A stretch of DNA of 64,000 nucleotides from Patescibacteria group bacterium (GCA_052035325.1 JBPOHR010000006.1:3083-67082), one strand, 5' to 3'. Counted from the first letter of the stretch, positions 48,524 to 59,638 are shown. Numbers and translations are program-made. Notes: a model not told the origin generated them from the letters alone.

Positions 48524-49012
48524 CTACTTTTCTTCCAATTTCTTATTTATCCACATGTTGCCAGCAATCAATGCACCCAGCACCACAAAAGCCACTAAGC
48601 ACAGTAAGGGAATGGTCAAAAAGCCAAAATAACTGACATCAACGACATTACAGGGATTTTCCACACTACAGCCAATCCAGTTGTGGATAGGCAACATTTG
48701 AATCGCATAGTGATATAACTCGAGAGGGATGCCCAACACCACTAACGGTATCAGGTAATCAGTGAAGCGCCGATCTTTTTTCAGGATCCCAACATAACTA
48801 ATCAAGGCGATCGGGAACATGAGAATGCGTGCTAACCAGCACAACAAGCATGGCTCAAGACCTTGACCAATCGGGAAAAGATTTCCTGCCACGACATTGG
48901 CTACCGGATCACCAAACGTGGAATAGTACAATGATCCTAGAATTGCCAACATACCTTGGACAAATATTGTCATCCAAATTAATTCTTGAGCTTGGACAAG
49001 TTTCTGTTTCAT
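48524..49012 (-). CDS. DsbB/BdbC-family disulfide bond formation protein
   Basis: 4 TM helices, with Cys pairs EPCLLCW and CSVENPC in the outward-facing loops. Confidence 0.65.
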   Translation of the reverse strand: MKQKLVQAQELIWMTIFVQGMLAILGSLYYSTFGDPVANVVAGNLFPIGQGLEPCLLCWLARILMFPIALISYVGILKKDRRFTDYLIPLVVLGIPLELYHYAIQMLPIHNWIGCSVENPCNVVDVSYFGFLTIPLLCLVAFVVLGALIAGNMWINKKLEEK

Positions 49013-49043
49013 ACGACATAGTGTAGCAAATCTTGACAGCTAT

Positions 49044-49898
49044 GTGACAACTCAGTTACGCTCGTGCTTGGTGACTACTCCTTTGACATCTCAACAAATT
49101 GCTGGGTTTCGTACTTTTATACACCATTTTTATACCCATTATGGCCGGCATGATTTACCCTGGCGTCAGAACTATGATCCATACCACATTATGGTGTCTG
49201 AATTCATGCTCCAACAAACTCAAGTTGATCGGGTTATTCCCAAGTTCTTAGCGTTCATCAATCAGTTTCCCTCAGTTGTTACATTAGCAACTGCAGGCGT
49301 GGGTGAAGTCATCACTGCGTGGCAGGGCCTAGGGTACAATCGCCGAGGTCTCAATCTGCAGCGGGCTGCACAATCTATTTTCACACGTTTTCACGAAAAA
49401 GTACCAGACAACGTTGATGATTTGCTCTCACTACCTGGGATCGGTCCGTACACCGCCAATGCAATTCTTACTTTTGCCTTCAATCAACCAAACATCGTCG
49501 TTGAAACGAACATCCGAACTGTGTTTATCTATCACTTTTTTCCTGGCGCATATGGCGTCGAAGATAAATTGCTCTTGCCTCTGATCGAAAGTACCCTTGA
49601 TGCTGAACACCCTCGACAATGGTACTCTGCATTGATGGATTATGGCAGCTATCTCAAACGTGTTTTACCAAATCCCACCCGCCAGAGCAAACACTATGTC
49701 AAACAAAGTAACTTTGCCACGTCGAATCGACGAATCCGTGGCCTGGTGCTGCGAGCACTTACTATCGCCCCTGCTACTCTTACCTCATTGGCCACAATGC
49801 TTGAAATTGATGAAGCAAAAGTGAAATCTGTGACAGAAACACTGCAAAAAGAGGGTTTTATTCACAAGCGAGGTCGCACTTTCCAGCTCGCAACCTAG
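49044..49898 (+). CDS. HhH-GPD base-excision DNA glycosylase (Nth/MutY-like)
   Basis: HhH-GPD motif LPGIGPYTANAIL with the catalytic region. Confidence 0.7.
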   Translation: MTTQLRSCLVTTPLTSQQIAGFRTFIHHFYTHYGRHDLPWRQNYDPYHIMVSEFMLQQTQVDRVIPKFLAFINQFPSVVTLATAGVGEVITAWQGLGYNRRGLNLQRAAQSIFTRFHEKVPDNVDDLLSLPGIGPYTANAILTFAFNQPNIVVETNIRTVFIYHFFPGAYGVEDKLLLPLIESTLDAEHPRQWYSALMDYGSYLKRVLPNPTRQSKHYVKQSNFATSNRRIRGLVLRALTIAPATLTSLATMLEIDEAKVKSVTETLQKEGFIHKRGRTFQLAT

Positions 49899-49920
49899 CA
49901 ATATCCGGTACAATGTCGAT

Positions 49921-50901
49921 ATGGCACATCGTTATCCAACAATCGGTCTAGGTGGGACTTTTGATCATCTACACAAAGGACATGAGCATTTTCTCAAGTA
50001 TGCCAACGACTTGGCTGAAACTGTCCTGATAGGCATCACAGCCGATGACTTGGTCAAAAACAAACCCTGGGCACATCTCATCGAGGACTATGACACTCGG
50101 TACCGCACTGTCAAGACATTTTGTCGAGAAAACCGCATTCAAGCTAGGATTGTTCAGCTGCACGACGCGGTCGGGCCAACGCTCGAAAAAGGGATGGTGC
50201 AAGCACTTTGTGTCACTCCCGAAACTGAAGCTGGAGCTGATCACATTAATACCTTACGGTTAAAGTTGAAAATGCGTCCTTTGCAAACATATGTAAGTAC
50301 GTATTTTCTCGCCGAAACTGGTGAACCGCTTCACTCGGCAAGTATTCGTCAGGGAAGGCTCAATCAAAACGGACAAAACTGGTGGAAACCTCTGGAAACA
50401 ACACTCGAACTAACTGATACGCAACGAAGCTTCTTTCAAAATCCTCAAGGCCCGATCACCAACAAGTTATTTCCTACCGCCACCTTTACCGCGGTGGTAG
50501 GTGACTTTTGTCTCGAGTACTTTCGTCAACGAAAGTGGTCATACCAGATCGGAGTATTCGATTTAAAAACTCAGAGAATAGATCATAAGAGTGCAGAAAT
50601 ACTCAAAATTGCTGATGATGCAAACACTCATCACGTCACTAATGCACCTGGATTGATATCTTTAGAACTTACGCGTATTTTGCAAGAAATCATTCCAAGT
50701 CGATATACCCTGCGCTGGCAAGAACATATTCATGTTGACGGTGAAGAAGATCTGGCAGCAGTAGCACTCGCACTACTTTTGCCACTTGGCAGTACTATTT
50801 ACTATGGCCAACGAGATGTAGGCATGGTCGCTATGGCAGTAACTATAGAAAAAAAGAACGAGATTTTGGAGTTATTTTCCAAACCTTCCCCGAAACTCTA
50901 A
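49921..50901 (+). CDS. fusion of archaeal-type phosphopantetheine adenylyltransferase (GGTFDxLHxGH) and DUF359 GTP-dependent dephospho-CoA kinase
   Basis: N-terminus IGLGGTFDHLHKGHEHFL is the cytidylyltransferase-like PPAT motif of the COG1019 type. C-terminus ...AVVGDFCLEYFRQRKWSYQIGVFDLKTQR... matches the DUF359 signature VGD...G...I.D.K..R. Confidence 0.6.
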   Translation: MAHRYPTIGLGGTFDHLHKGHEHFLKYANDLAETVLIGITADDLVKNKPWAHLIEDYDTRYRTVKTFCRENRIQARIVQLHDAVGPTLEKGMVQALCVTPETEAGADHINTLRLKLKMRPLQTYVSTYFLAETGEPLHSASIRQGRLNQNGQNWWKPLETTLELTDTQRSFFQNPQGPITNKLFPTATFTAVVGDFCLEYFRQRKWSYQIGVFDLKTQRIDHKSAEILKIADDANTHHVTNAPGLISLELTRILQEIIPSRYTLRWQEHIHVDGEEDLAAVALALLLPLGSTIYYGQRDVGMVAMAVTIEKKNEILELFSKPSPKL

Positions 50902-50920
50902 AAACTGATAGAGTAGAGTT

Positions 50921-52108
50921 ATGGTCTCTCCCAACACTGCAGAACCACTGGCGCATCTGCTGCGTCCACAGACGTTAACTGATTTCATGGGTCAGGATCA
51001 CTTAGTTGGTGAAGGAAAACCATTACGGGTTGCTATTGAACATCAGCAAGTCTTCTCAATGATTTTCTGGGGACCTCCTGGTGTAGGGAAGACGACACTA
51101 GCTAAGATCCTGGCACACGACACAGGGCGAGATTTTTTCGAACTATCTGCCGTCTCAGCAGGGAAAAGTGATGTTCGCGACGTAATCGAACAAGCGGCGC
51201 AACTTCGCGAGCTGGATAAACCAGCCCCAGTGTTATTTCTTGATGAAATTCACCGTTTTAACAAAGCACAACAAGATTTTCTCTTACCCTATGTCGAGCG
51301 AGGTGACATAGTGCTGATCGGTGCAACAACCGAGAATCCAAGCTTTGAAGTGATCTCCGCGCTCCTTTCCCGCACTCGCATCTTTGTGCTCAAATCACTC
51401 ACCTCTGAGCAACTGACTGACATTATCAAGCGCGCCGTCAAACACCTTGGCACCAAGGTACCCAAAGCCGACACTTTGGAATGGTTGGTAAATTATGCCA
51501 ATGGTGATGCGCGTAAACTCCTCACCATTATTGATAATACCTGGCAACTCTACAACGAGCTAAGCATCGACAACTTCAAGAATGCACTGCAAAGTTTTCA
51601 ACTTCGCTACGATAAAGGTGGGGAAGAGCACTACGACACGATTAGCGCGTTTATCAAGTCGATGCGCGCCAGCAACATTGATGCTGCGCTCTATTATCTG
51701 GCGCGCATGATCACCGCCGGCGAAGATCCCAAGTTCATTGCCCGGCGCATGGTGATTTTTGCTAGTGAAGATATCGGTCTGGCCGCTCCCACCGCCCTGG
51801 TTGTCGCCAACGCAGTCTTTGACGCAGTCCATAAAATTGGCTACCCTGAAGCGCAAATTAACTTAGCACACGGCACTGCTTATCTTTGTAACTGTAAAAA
51901 AGATCGCTCTGCGTATGATGCGTACTTTGCTGCATTGGCTGATGTCCAGAAATTGGGTAATTTGCCTATTCCCTTAGAGCTTCGCAACGCTCCCACCAAG
52001 CTCATGAAAGAGCTGAACTATGGCAAAGGCTACGAAATGTATAGCAATAAAAACCTGCTTCCAGAAAAACTAACCGGGAAAAAGTACTATACTACTCACA
52101 ATGATTGA
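50921..52108 (+). CDS. rarA: replication-associated recombination protein A (AAA+ ATPase)
   Basis: Walker [10 protein letters not shown], Walker [11 protein letters not shown], and an MgsA C-terminal domain. Confidence 0.9.
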   Translation: MVSPNTAEPLAHLLRPQTLTDFMGQDHLVGEGKPLRVAIEHQQVFSMIFWGPPGVGKTTLAKILAHDTGRDFFELSAVSAGKSDVRDVIEQAAQLRELDKPAPVLFLDEIHRFNKAQQDFLLPYVERGDIVLIGATTENPSFEVISALLSRTRIFVLKSLTSEQLTDIIKRAVKHLGTKVPKADTLEWLVNYANGDARKLLTIIDNTWQLYNELSIDNFKNALQSFQLRYDKGGEEHYDTISAFIKSMRASNIDAALYYLARMITAGEDPKFIARRMVIFASEDIGLAAPTALVVANAVFDAVHKIGYPEAQINLAHGTAYLCNCKKDRSAYDAYFAALADVQKLGNLPIPLELRNAPTKLMKELNYGKGYEMYSNKNLLPEKLTGKKYYTTHND

Positions 52109-52532
52109 TCGTTTTCGCCCCTTTTCTGCAGTACACTTATTCCTAATCAAAGACAATCAAGTCTTACTCGCACGCCGTTTTCAAACTGGCTACCAAGACG
52201 GCAACTACTCTGTGCCTGCCGGCCATCTTGATGGCAACGAGACTGCCACACAAGCAATTATTCGCGAAGCACAAGAAGAAGTGGGTATTACTATCACCAC
52301 AGCTGATGTACGTTTCGTGCACGTCATGCACCGCACAGGTGATAGAGAATCAATTGATTTTTTCTTTGTGTGCGAACACTGGACAGGTGAACCAACCATT
52401 ATGGAACCAGATAAATGCGATGAGCTTGTCTGGTCAAAACTTGATCACTTGCCGAGCAATACTATTCCCTATATATCCCAGGCGCTACAAAACTATCAAC
52501 ACAATCAATCATTTTCTGAGTTTGGGTGGTAA
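52101..52532 (+). CDS. NUDIX hydrolase
   Basis: Nudix box ...REAQEEVGI.... Confidence 0.8.
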   Translation: MIDRFRPFSAVHLFLIKDNQVLLARRFQTGYQDGNYSVPAGHLDGNETATQAIIREAQEEVGITITTADVRFVHVMHRTGDRESIDFFFVCEHWTGEPTIMEPDKCDELVWSKLDHLPSNTIPYISQALQNYQHNQSFSEFGW

Positions 52533-52557
52533 TAAAAATTCAGCTAAATTAGGATTT

Positions 52558-52782
52558 TTATTCAACTTTTTTTGCTGCCAAAATTGCTTCTGATGAGATT
52601 TGAGAATTAGCATGTATCTCTAATATTTTGCGAAGAGTATGCAATGAAATTTCACCTGATTGTTTATTGGCAGCTCGCTGCATCAAACCCTGAAGCATAA
52701 TTAACTCAGTAATAGGCATACGACACTCATCACGTAAGTAGTTTGCAGCATCGATTACACGTATCATTCCTTTTTTTTCCAT
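52558..52782 (-). CDS. small hypothetical protein (74 aa)
   Basis: ORF only. Confidence 0.3.
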   Translation of the reverse strand: MEKKGMIRVIDAANYLRDECRMPITELIMLQGLMQRAANKQSGEISLHTLRKILEIHANSQISSEAILAAKKVE

Positions 52783-52895
52783 AGCTTCTTCCGATCAACT
52801 TACATATTTAATACATACGTATAATTGCATTATTCACATACTATTACAACCACATGACACAGCATACAGGTAAAAATGCCTTATAATGTAATAAA

Positions 52896-53816
52896 GTGCA
52901 AACCGCCCTCTCTGTCACCAACCTCACCAAACGCTACGGCGAATTCCTCGCCGTGGATCATGTGTCCTTTGAGATCAAGCCTGGAGAAATCCTTGGTCTG
53001 CTCGGTCCCAACGGAGCAGGAAAATCCTCTACTATCCAAATGCTAACTGGTCTAACCCATGCCGATGCAGGAGAAATTGTATATTTTGGCCAAGATTTCT
53101 ACACGCATCGCGAGGCCTGTCTGCAACAAATGAACTACGCTTCTGCCTACAATGTGCTGCAAGGTCGACTTACGATTCGCCAAAACTTACGCTGCTTTGC
53201 CGATTTTTATAATGTGCCTGATCCAACCGAACGAATCACCACATTAGCCAAGTTATTTGAAATTGAAGATTTGCTCGAAACAACTTTTTGGCAACTCTCT
53301 TCCGGTCAAAAAACCCGCGCAGTGCTCGCTAAATCGCTTCTGAATCGTCCCAAGTTAGTTCTGATGGACGAGCCCACTGCTAGTCTTGACCCTGATATAG
53401 TCGATAAAATGATTGAATTAATTAAAGAACTGCAGCGTGTAGAAGAAGTCTCCATGCTGTATACCAGCCACAATATGGATGAGGTAGCCCGTTTGTGTGA
53501 TCGCGTGGCATTTCTCGCACAGGGCAAAATTGTTGCCATCGACACTCCACTCGAGCTTACCAAAAAAATCGGTACTGTCCGGCTCATCATTGGGTTCGAA
53601 GGTGATACAAAAAAAGTGCATGGTTATCTGACACAGCATAAACTGCACGATGAGGATACTCGCCAAAACTGGCTTCAAGTATCAATCCCTGAAATAGATG
53701 TTCCAAAAGTATTATTTGGTCTCAAAGAGGCAGGCATGTGGATCACTGACCTGAGCATTAACAAACCATCACTTGAAGATGTTTTTCTCCACATATCTCG
53801 AGAAAAAACTATTTAA
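52896..53816 (+). CDS. ABC transporter ATP-binding protein (ABC-2 type)
   Basis: GTG start. Walker A GPNGAGKSS, signature LSSGQK, Walker B LVLMDEPT. A TATAAT lies 14 nt upstream, so the leader is very short. Confidence 0.85.
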   Translation: MQTALSVTNLTKRYGEFLAVDHVSFEIKPGEILGLLGPNGAGKSSTIQMLTGLTHADAGEIVYFGQDFYTHREACLQQMNYASAYNVLQGRLTIRQNLRCFADFYNVPDPTERITTLAKLFEIEDLLETTFWQLSSGQKTRAVLAKSLLNRPKLVLMDEPTASLDPDIVDKMIELIKELQRVEEVSMLYTSHNMDEVARLCDRVAFLAQGKIVAIDTPLELTKKIGTVRLIIGFEGDTKKVHGYLTQHKLHDEDTRQNWLQVSIPEIDVPKVLFGLKEAGMWITDLSINKPSLEDVFLHISREKTI

Positions 53817-53817
53817 C

Positions 53818-54627
53818 ATGTCACACCAATTCCGACTACCGTCACTCAACTCCCGCCGCATCATTGGTGTGCTTCGTCAAACCTGGTACTTCACCTTTCA
53901 TAGTATGGAAACCTGGATTGATTTGTTTTGGTTTCCTATCGTGAGTTTATTGCTGTTTGGTTTCTTGTCCACTGTTCTCGCAGGTAGCAATCCCACCATT
54001 GCTGTCATGTTGTTGATCGGCTATATGCTATGGGAAGTCGTCAGAATCAGTCAATACTGCATCACTGTCAGCGTGATGTGGGAAGTGTGGTCACGTAGTT
54101 TCAACACCATGTTCGTCTCACCGCTCAATATGGCAGAAGTAATGATTGGCTACATCATTAGTGGCACCATTAAAACTATGTTTGCAATCAGCATTATTGC
54201 TGCCATCAGTTTATTTGTGTTTCACACTTCCGTTTTTATTCTTGGGCCAATGCTACTACTTTACTTGGTGATCTTATTTAGCTTTGGCTTTGCGGTAGGC
54301 ATGTTTGTTACAGGCTTGATTTTCCGTTTCAACACAGACATCCAGTCTCTAGCCTGGGGATTGATCTATGTATTCCAACCAATTTCTGCTATTTTTTATC
54401 CAGTTGAAGCACTACCGATTCAAATTCGCTGGCTCGCATATGCCTCACCGATCACGTACGTCATGGAAAATACTCGTGCTCAACTTAACGGACAACCTGT
54501 CAATGTATTACAACTTGGTATTTCAGCGGTTGTTACTAGTATTATGGTCATAGCCGCGTATGGTTTTATGCACTTGATGTATCAATGGGCGCGAAGAACT
54601 GGATCATTCGCGAGACTGGGAAATTAA
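53818..54627 (+). CDS. ABC-2 family transporter permease
   Basis: 6 TM helices. The internal ATG at 53818 lies 2 nt after the ATPase stop. Confidence 0.75.
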   Translation: MSHQFRLPSLNSRRIIGVLRQTWYFTFHSMETWIDLFWFPIVSLLLFGFLSTVLAGSNPTIAVMLLIGYMLWEVVRISQYCITVSVMWEVWSRSFNTMFVSPLNMAEVMIGYIISGTIKTMFAISIIAAISLFVFHTSVFILGPMLLLYLVILFSFGFAVGMFVTGLIFRFNTDIQSLAWGLIYVFQPISAIFYPVEALPIQIRWLAYASPITYVMENTRAQLNGQPVNVLQLGISAVVTSIMVIAAYGFMHLMYQWARRTGSFARLGN

Positions 54628-54630
54628 ACC

Positions 54631-56268
54631 CTAACAATACAACTTCTCACAGTACTCCCTAACCATTCGCTCCGCGCTGTACTGTGGCGCTAGCTGCATC
54701 GACAGCTGCATCTTCTTCACCCAAGTTTCAGGCACACCATCTTCATTTCTGGTGAAGAACTCTGGCACAATTTCTTGCTCCAATTTGGCATATAAATCTT
54801 CAGCAATAGTATCTGCATTAAGCGACCAACCCTTATCATTCCAGTCTACTTCTGCTGCCCAGCCATCGGGCACCGTAGCCTGGAGTACCCCATTACTAAC
54901 TGCTTTCATACCTGACGTACCGCTGGCCTCCCAACCAAACTGTGGGGTGTTGAGCCATAGATCAGAACCAGCCACTACGTGTTGTGCCACTTCAATATCA
55001 TAATTCGGAATGTATAACGCAAACCCTGACAACTCATTTTGAAAATGTTTGATAATCTGTTGCAACATTGCTTTGGATACTTCGTCGTAGGCATGAGCTT
55101 TACCAGACACAAGTAGTTGTATCTGTCGGCCTTCTGCCGAAACCAATCGCTGGAGTCGCTCCATGTCATCAAATAAACACGATAGCTGTTTGTACTCGGT
55201 AACCCGACGCGCCCAAGTAATAACCATTCGCTGTGGATCAAACGTAAAACCAGTTCGCCGTTGCACAAACTGCGCCAATTTCTCTTTTTGTCGAACGTGT
55301 GCTTGCCATAACAACTGGGGCTGATTCATGGCACTAGCAACGTCACGACTTTGCCAAGTTGGCAAGTGCACTCCATTGGTAATACCTGACCAATTGAAAC
55401 CTGGCCACGTTTTTTGACAAAAGCGGAAGTGCAACTGGCTAACGGCAGAGGCTTTTGAAGAAATCTGTAACGCAAATCGTGTCACGTTAAAACTACCTTT
55501 GTCATCAACTCCTGGCTCCAATAACTGCTCTACCGTAATCCCCATTCGCTCTGCGTAGTATCGGCTAAAGGCTTTGAGCAAGTCCATGTTGTGCGTCGGA
55601 TTGCCCGCGCCAATCAAGGTGTGGTTCGTATAGACCGTTTTGGAAATTGCTACCCGGCGTGCTTCATCAAACGTCATACCATGCTCATCCATGTAGTTGC
55701 GAATCAACTGCCAATGCAAAAATGCTGGTCGACCTTCATTGATATGATACAAACTCGGATGAATCTCAAGCGCATGCAACAATTTGACGCCACCAATACC
55801 GAGAATTAACTGCTGTTTGAGTAGTGCTTCTTCTGTCCCAGAGTATAAACATGCAGCTATATCTCGCTCCTCGAGGTGATTTTGATCTGTATCAGTGTCA
55901 AGAAGGTAGAGCGTCGTCTGCGGTCCAAATTGTTTCTTCCACACTCGCACCCAGACATCAACTTCAGTCAAATGAACCTTAATAAATAAAGGCATGTCAT
56001 CTTTATAGACATGCTCCAACCCAGCCGAGAGAGGATCATAGGCAAATTCTTCTTCTTGCTGCCAACCATCCTCGGTCACTCGTTGACGGGCAAGACACCC
56101 TTTATACAGCAAACCAACACCCACAAAGGGCAAATGCATATCGCCGGCAGCTTTCATAATGTCGCCTGCCAAAATCCCTAATCCACCCGCATACAGTGGC
56201 AGTCGGTTATCAAAGCCATACTCGGCGCAAAAAAACGCAATCGGATGCTGGGCAGAGTACTGATTCAT
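54631..56268 (-). CDS. alpha-glucan phosphorylase (GT35 family)
   Basis: N-terminus FFCAEYGFDNRLPLYAGGLGILAGD is the conserved start of the short-form glucan phosphorylases. Confidence 0.8.
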   Translation of the reverse strand: MNQYSAQHPIAFFCAEYGFDNRLPLYAGGLGILAGDIMKAAGDMHLPFVGVGLLYKGCLARQRVTEDGWQQEEEFAYDPLSAGLEHVYKDDMPLFIKVHLTEVDVWVRVWKKQFGPQTTLYLLDTDTDQNHLEERDIAACLYSGTEEALLKQQLILGIGGVKLLHALEIHPSLYHINEGRPAFLHWQLIRNYMDEHGMTFDEARRVAISKTVYTNHTLIGAGNPTHNMDLLKAFSRYYAERMGITVEQLLEPGVDDKGSFNVTRFALQISSKASAVSQLHFRFCQKTWPGFNWSGITNGVHLPTWQSRDVASAMNQPQLLWQAHVRQKEKLAQFVQRRTGFTFDPQRMVITWARRVTEYKQLSCLFDDMERLQRLVSAEGRQIQLLVSGKAHAYDEVSKAMLQQIIKHFQNELSGFALYIPNYDIEVAQHVVAGSDLWLNTPQFGWEASGTSGMKAVSNGVLQATVPDGWAAEVDWNDKGWSLNADTIAEDLYAKLEQEIVPEFFTRNEDGVPETWVKKMQLSMQLAPQYSAERMVREYCEKLYC

Positions 56269-56328
56269 GTCTAGACATCATGCCACAGTGTCACGGTTGC
56301 TGTCAGCTAGCAGTGAGAGACTAGACAG

Positions 56329-57816
56329 ATGACGCCACACGAGATTTTAACGAAGTACTTTGGTTTTGCGAGCTTTCGGCCAGGTCAGGAAGTTATCGTC
56401 AACAGTATCATTGATGGTCATGACACGTTGGTGCTCCTACCGACAGGTGGTGGCAAGTCGCTCTGCTTTCAGGTCCCGGCGTTAGCACTTGGCGGCACAA
56501 CTATCGTCATTTCACCGTTGATTTCCCTCATGACAGATCAAGTCGCTAAACTACAAGAGCGGGGCATTGCCGCAGCCTGTTTGACCAGCTCGCAAACTCC
56601 CGTGGATCGCTCACAAATTCTCCACCAGCTGCAGACAGGCACGCTCCAACTTCTCTATCTGTCTCCAGAAAAATGTGCCACCTTCGACTGGCAACAGGTA
56701 TCTCGAAAAATTAAGATTCCCCTGGTCGTGATTGATGAAGCTCACTGCGTCGTAACCTGGGGTGTGGATTTTCGGCCGGAATACCAGCACCTCGCACATA
56801 GCATTGCCAGCTTTCATAGCCGCCCAATCATTGCGGCCTTCACTGCTACTGCCACACTACCTGCCCAACAAGCCATTATCGACAGTCTGGGGTTAACATC
56901 TCCACATATCCACCGGCACAGCTGTTTTCGACCAAATCTCGAGCTGATTATTTGCCACACCGCTACCTCTGTGGCAAAAAACCTACTGTTGTATCAACTA
57001 TTACGACAGCATTGGAGTGACACAGGCATCATCTACTGCGCAACTCGAGCGCACTGTGAACAAGTCACAAAACTCGTTAAATCGTGGTGGTCTACCTCAT
57101 GCAGTGTGGCTTTTTATCATGCTGGCATCGACGGTGAAGCCCGGCAACATCTTCAAAATGACTTCATTTCTGGCAAAATCCAGTGGCTTGTCAGCACCAA
57201 TGCCTTTGGCATGGGAGTTGATAAAGCCAATATCCGTTTTGTAATCCATTACCAACCTTCCACGAGCCTCGAAAATTACTTTCAAGAAGTTGGCAGAGCG
57301 GGGAGAGATGGTAACTTGAGCCATTGCTACTTACTCTGGACTGAGGGTGATTGGGAGACATTGCGTGAACTACTGAGTGATCAAGATCAAATAAAAACGA
57401 AACAACGATTGTCGACATTACGAAATCTTGCCAACTATGTAACTACCCGTAGATGTCGGCATTCACAGTTACTGCAGTACTTTGGTGAAAAACCTTTGGC
57501 TAGATCTTGCCTACATTGCGATATATGTGTTAAATGGCATCATATCGACAGCATCCACACAGAGCAAATTCGTCAACGTTTTAAGTTAGTGTTGAATCGC
57601 TTACCATCACCCATACGCCCATCGTTGCACATTACTAGACAACAAGTTGAGTTGCTCGTTTGCCACCGACCTTGTACACGGCTAGATTTTTTGAATATTC
57701 CCGGATGTGGAACAGGTTGGATGAGCTATTGGTATCCGCAACTAGAACCTTATCTGGCGAAAATATATGCATTTCAGCCTACACGGCTTTGTGTTGATAC
57801 AACTCTCCATCACTGA
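56329..57816 (+). CDS. recQ: RecQ-family ATP-dependent DNA helicase
   Basis: YFGFASFRPGQ, Walker A PTGGGKS, DEAH (VIDEAHC) and the RecQ Zn-binding Cys cluster. Confidence 0.85.
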   Translation: MTPHEILTKYFGFASFRPGQEVIVNSIIDGHDTLVLLPTGGGKSLCFQVPALALGGTTIVISPLISLMTDQVAKLQERGIAAACLTSSQTPVDRSQILHQLQTGTLQLLYLSPEKCATFDWQQVSRKIKIPLVVIDEAHCVVTWGVDFRPEYQHLAHSIASFHSRPIIAAFTATATLPAQQAIIDSLGLTSPHIHRHSCFRPNLELIICHTATSVAKNLLLYQLLRQHWSDTGIIYCATRAHCEQVTKLVKSWWSTSCSVAFYHAGIDGEARQHLQNDFISGKIQWLVSTNAFGMGVDKANIRFVIHYQPSTSLENYFQEVGRAGRDGNLSHCYLLWTEGDWETLRELLSDQDQIKTKQRLSTLRNLANYVTTRRCRHSQLLQYFGEKPLARSCLHCDICVKWHHIDSIHTEQIRQRFKLVLNRLPSPIRPSLHITRQQVELLVCHRPCTRLDFLNIPGCGTGWMSYWYPQLEPYLAKIYAFQPTRLCVDTTLHH

Positions 57817-59638
57817 AGCCACGTGAACGATAATATTCACGCGTCCCAACTGCGGAAATAACTGATACTTTTTCACGGTTATTTTCACGAGCAATTTCTT
57901 GAGCTTTTTCAAGTAGCCGCGTGCCAAATCCTTGGTGTTGAGCCCGACCAGTTTCTTGAACACCTACCCCCACTGCTTGACCATACACATGCACTTCACG
58001 AATCAGTGCAGCATTTTCCAACTCAGACCATAATGCTGGTACAGTCGGAATGCTCAACCGTAAAAAGGCCGCTAACTTATCATCACTTGTCACAAACTGT
58101 AAAAAGACTTCGTCACTCACCGAAGTCGAGTAACGATACTCTTGCAACGTCACTTCCTCGGCAGTAACTTTCTGACCTTTGACTTCGCGCGAGCGAATTT
58201 CACGGATTTTCACAGCCTGGTTGGCAAGTTCTGCTTCCGCAATTTGGCGAAAGTTGGTCAGCTTATTACCCACCACAATATCTGTGGAAGGAATATCTCG
58301 GATCACCCGAGTCAAACGGCAGTACTCGGGCGTGGTTACTAAACAATGTGTCAACACGTCGAGCAGTTCATCATATGCATACGGTTGCCAAGCACCTTTC
58401 TGGTAGTACTGCATTAGTTCCGCACTTTCGATCAGTGAACAAGGGTAGATTTTGAGCTCATCAGGGCAAAAGTCTGGGCCAAATAAACCATCAAAGTCCT
58501 GTTTATCCAAAGCCACGGTAGAACCATACAAGTTGGCCATCCAATGAGCATGGATTTTGAATCCAGCCTGGCGAAGTAGGGCGAAGGCGCGTTTGGTCGC
58601 GGCCACATCGTGGCCGCGATGATTCAAGGTCAACACGTTATCCTGCAAACTCTGGACACCAATTTGTGTTTTCGTACAGCCTAATCGACGGATACGACGA
58701 ACTTCTGCTTCGGAGATATTATCTGGCCTGGTTTCGATCACCAAGCCCACAATGCGACAACTCGCCGTTTCATTCGCGAGCTGTGCTGCGGTCAGTTCGT
58801 CCCACGTTGCAGCTTGATAGGCATCAAGACCGGCTTTTCGCTCTGGTGCTACATACACCTCGGAAATGACTTGATTGTAGGTTTTGCCTCGCTGGCTACC
58901 ATCAATCTCCTGATCTGCCAATAACGCCTCATTATGTTCAGGATCATTTGTCGGAATCGTGTCGGTAACCCGCGCCAGCTTCGCGGCAAAATCAGCATAT
59001 TTCGCTATAACTTCCGGCCGACTGTCCACCTTGCCAAACTCATTGAGCGCCCGGAAACACTCCTTAATAAACCAAATTTGATATGCCTCAGGATAGTAGG
59101 ACCACGTCCCACCTAAAATAATCAACTCCACTTTATCAACGCTATGTCCAATATTGTGCAAAGCCTGAAGTCGGTTATAGGTTTGCAAGTACGGATCAAA
59201 GTAGTTACGCTCTGCCCGTTGCGCTCCAGGCTCATCACTCATGTAACTTTTCGGCATCCGAATATCATTGGGACAAAAGATACATTTTCCTGGGCAGGGG
59301 AAAGGTTTCGTCAATACCGTCACCGGCGTCACTCCTGACTGCGTCCGCACCGGCTTCATCTGTAACGCCCGCAGGCGAGCGGCATCCAGCTCTGGCATTC
59401 CGTCTTTTCCGGCTAGTGCTCGATAGGCTTGTATAACCATGTCACCAGAGAACATCTCACCATTCACCTTGGGATGTTGTCTAATTATCTGATCAATTTT
59501 CTTCTTGCTCAGTTCTACCGTCGGCACCTCAGCTAAAGCCGCGATAAGTGGCTTAAGTTGATCTCGATAGGTTTCCCAGTCAAAATGATATGATTGCACC
59601 AGGTGATTATACCCTTTCACCAGATATGAATCACACAC
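57779..59638 (-). CDS. Elp3-family radical SAM/GNAT tRNA wobble-uridine modification enzyme
   Basis: CPGKCIFCPN radical-SAM cluster, central Elp3 domain, and a C-terminal GNAT (...QHQGFGTRLLEKAQEIAR...). Confidence 0.8.
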   Translation of the reverse strand: MCDSYLVKGYNHLVQSYHFDWETYRDQLKPLIAALAEVPTVELSKKKIDQIIRQHPKVNGEMFSGDMVIQAYRALAGKDGMPELDAARLRALQMKPVRTQSGVTPVTVLTKPFPCPGKCIFCPNDIRMPKSYMSDEPGAQRAERNYFDPYLQTYNRLQALHNIGHSVDKVELIILGGTWSYYPEAYQIWFIKECFRALNEFGKVDSRPEVIAKYADFAAKLARVTDTIPTNDPEHNEALLADQEIDGSQRGKTYNQVISEVYVAPERKAGLDAYQAATWDELTAAQLANETASCRIVGLVIETRPDNISEAEVRRIRRLGCTKTQIGVQSLQDNVLTLNHRGHDVAATKRAFALLRQAGFKIHAHWMANLYGSTVALDKQDFDGLFGPDFCPDELKIYPCSLIESAELMQYYQKGAWQPYAYDELLDVLTHCLVTTPEYCRLTRVIRDIPSTDIVVGNKLTNFRQIAEAELANQAVKIREIRSREVKGQKVTAEEVTLQEYRYSTSVSDEVFLQFVTSDDKLAAFLRLSIPTVPALWSELENAALIREVHVYGQAVGVGVQETGRAQHQGFGTRLLEKAQEIARENNREKVSVISAVGTREYYRSRGFSDGELYQHKAV

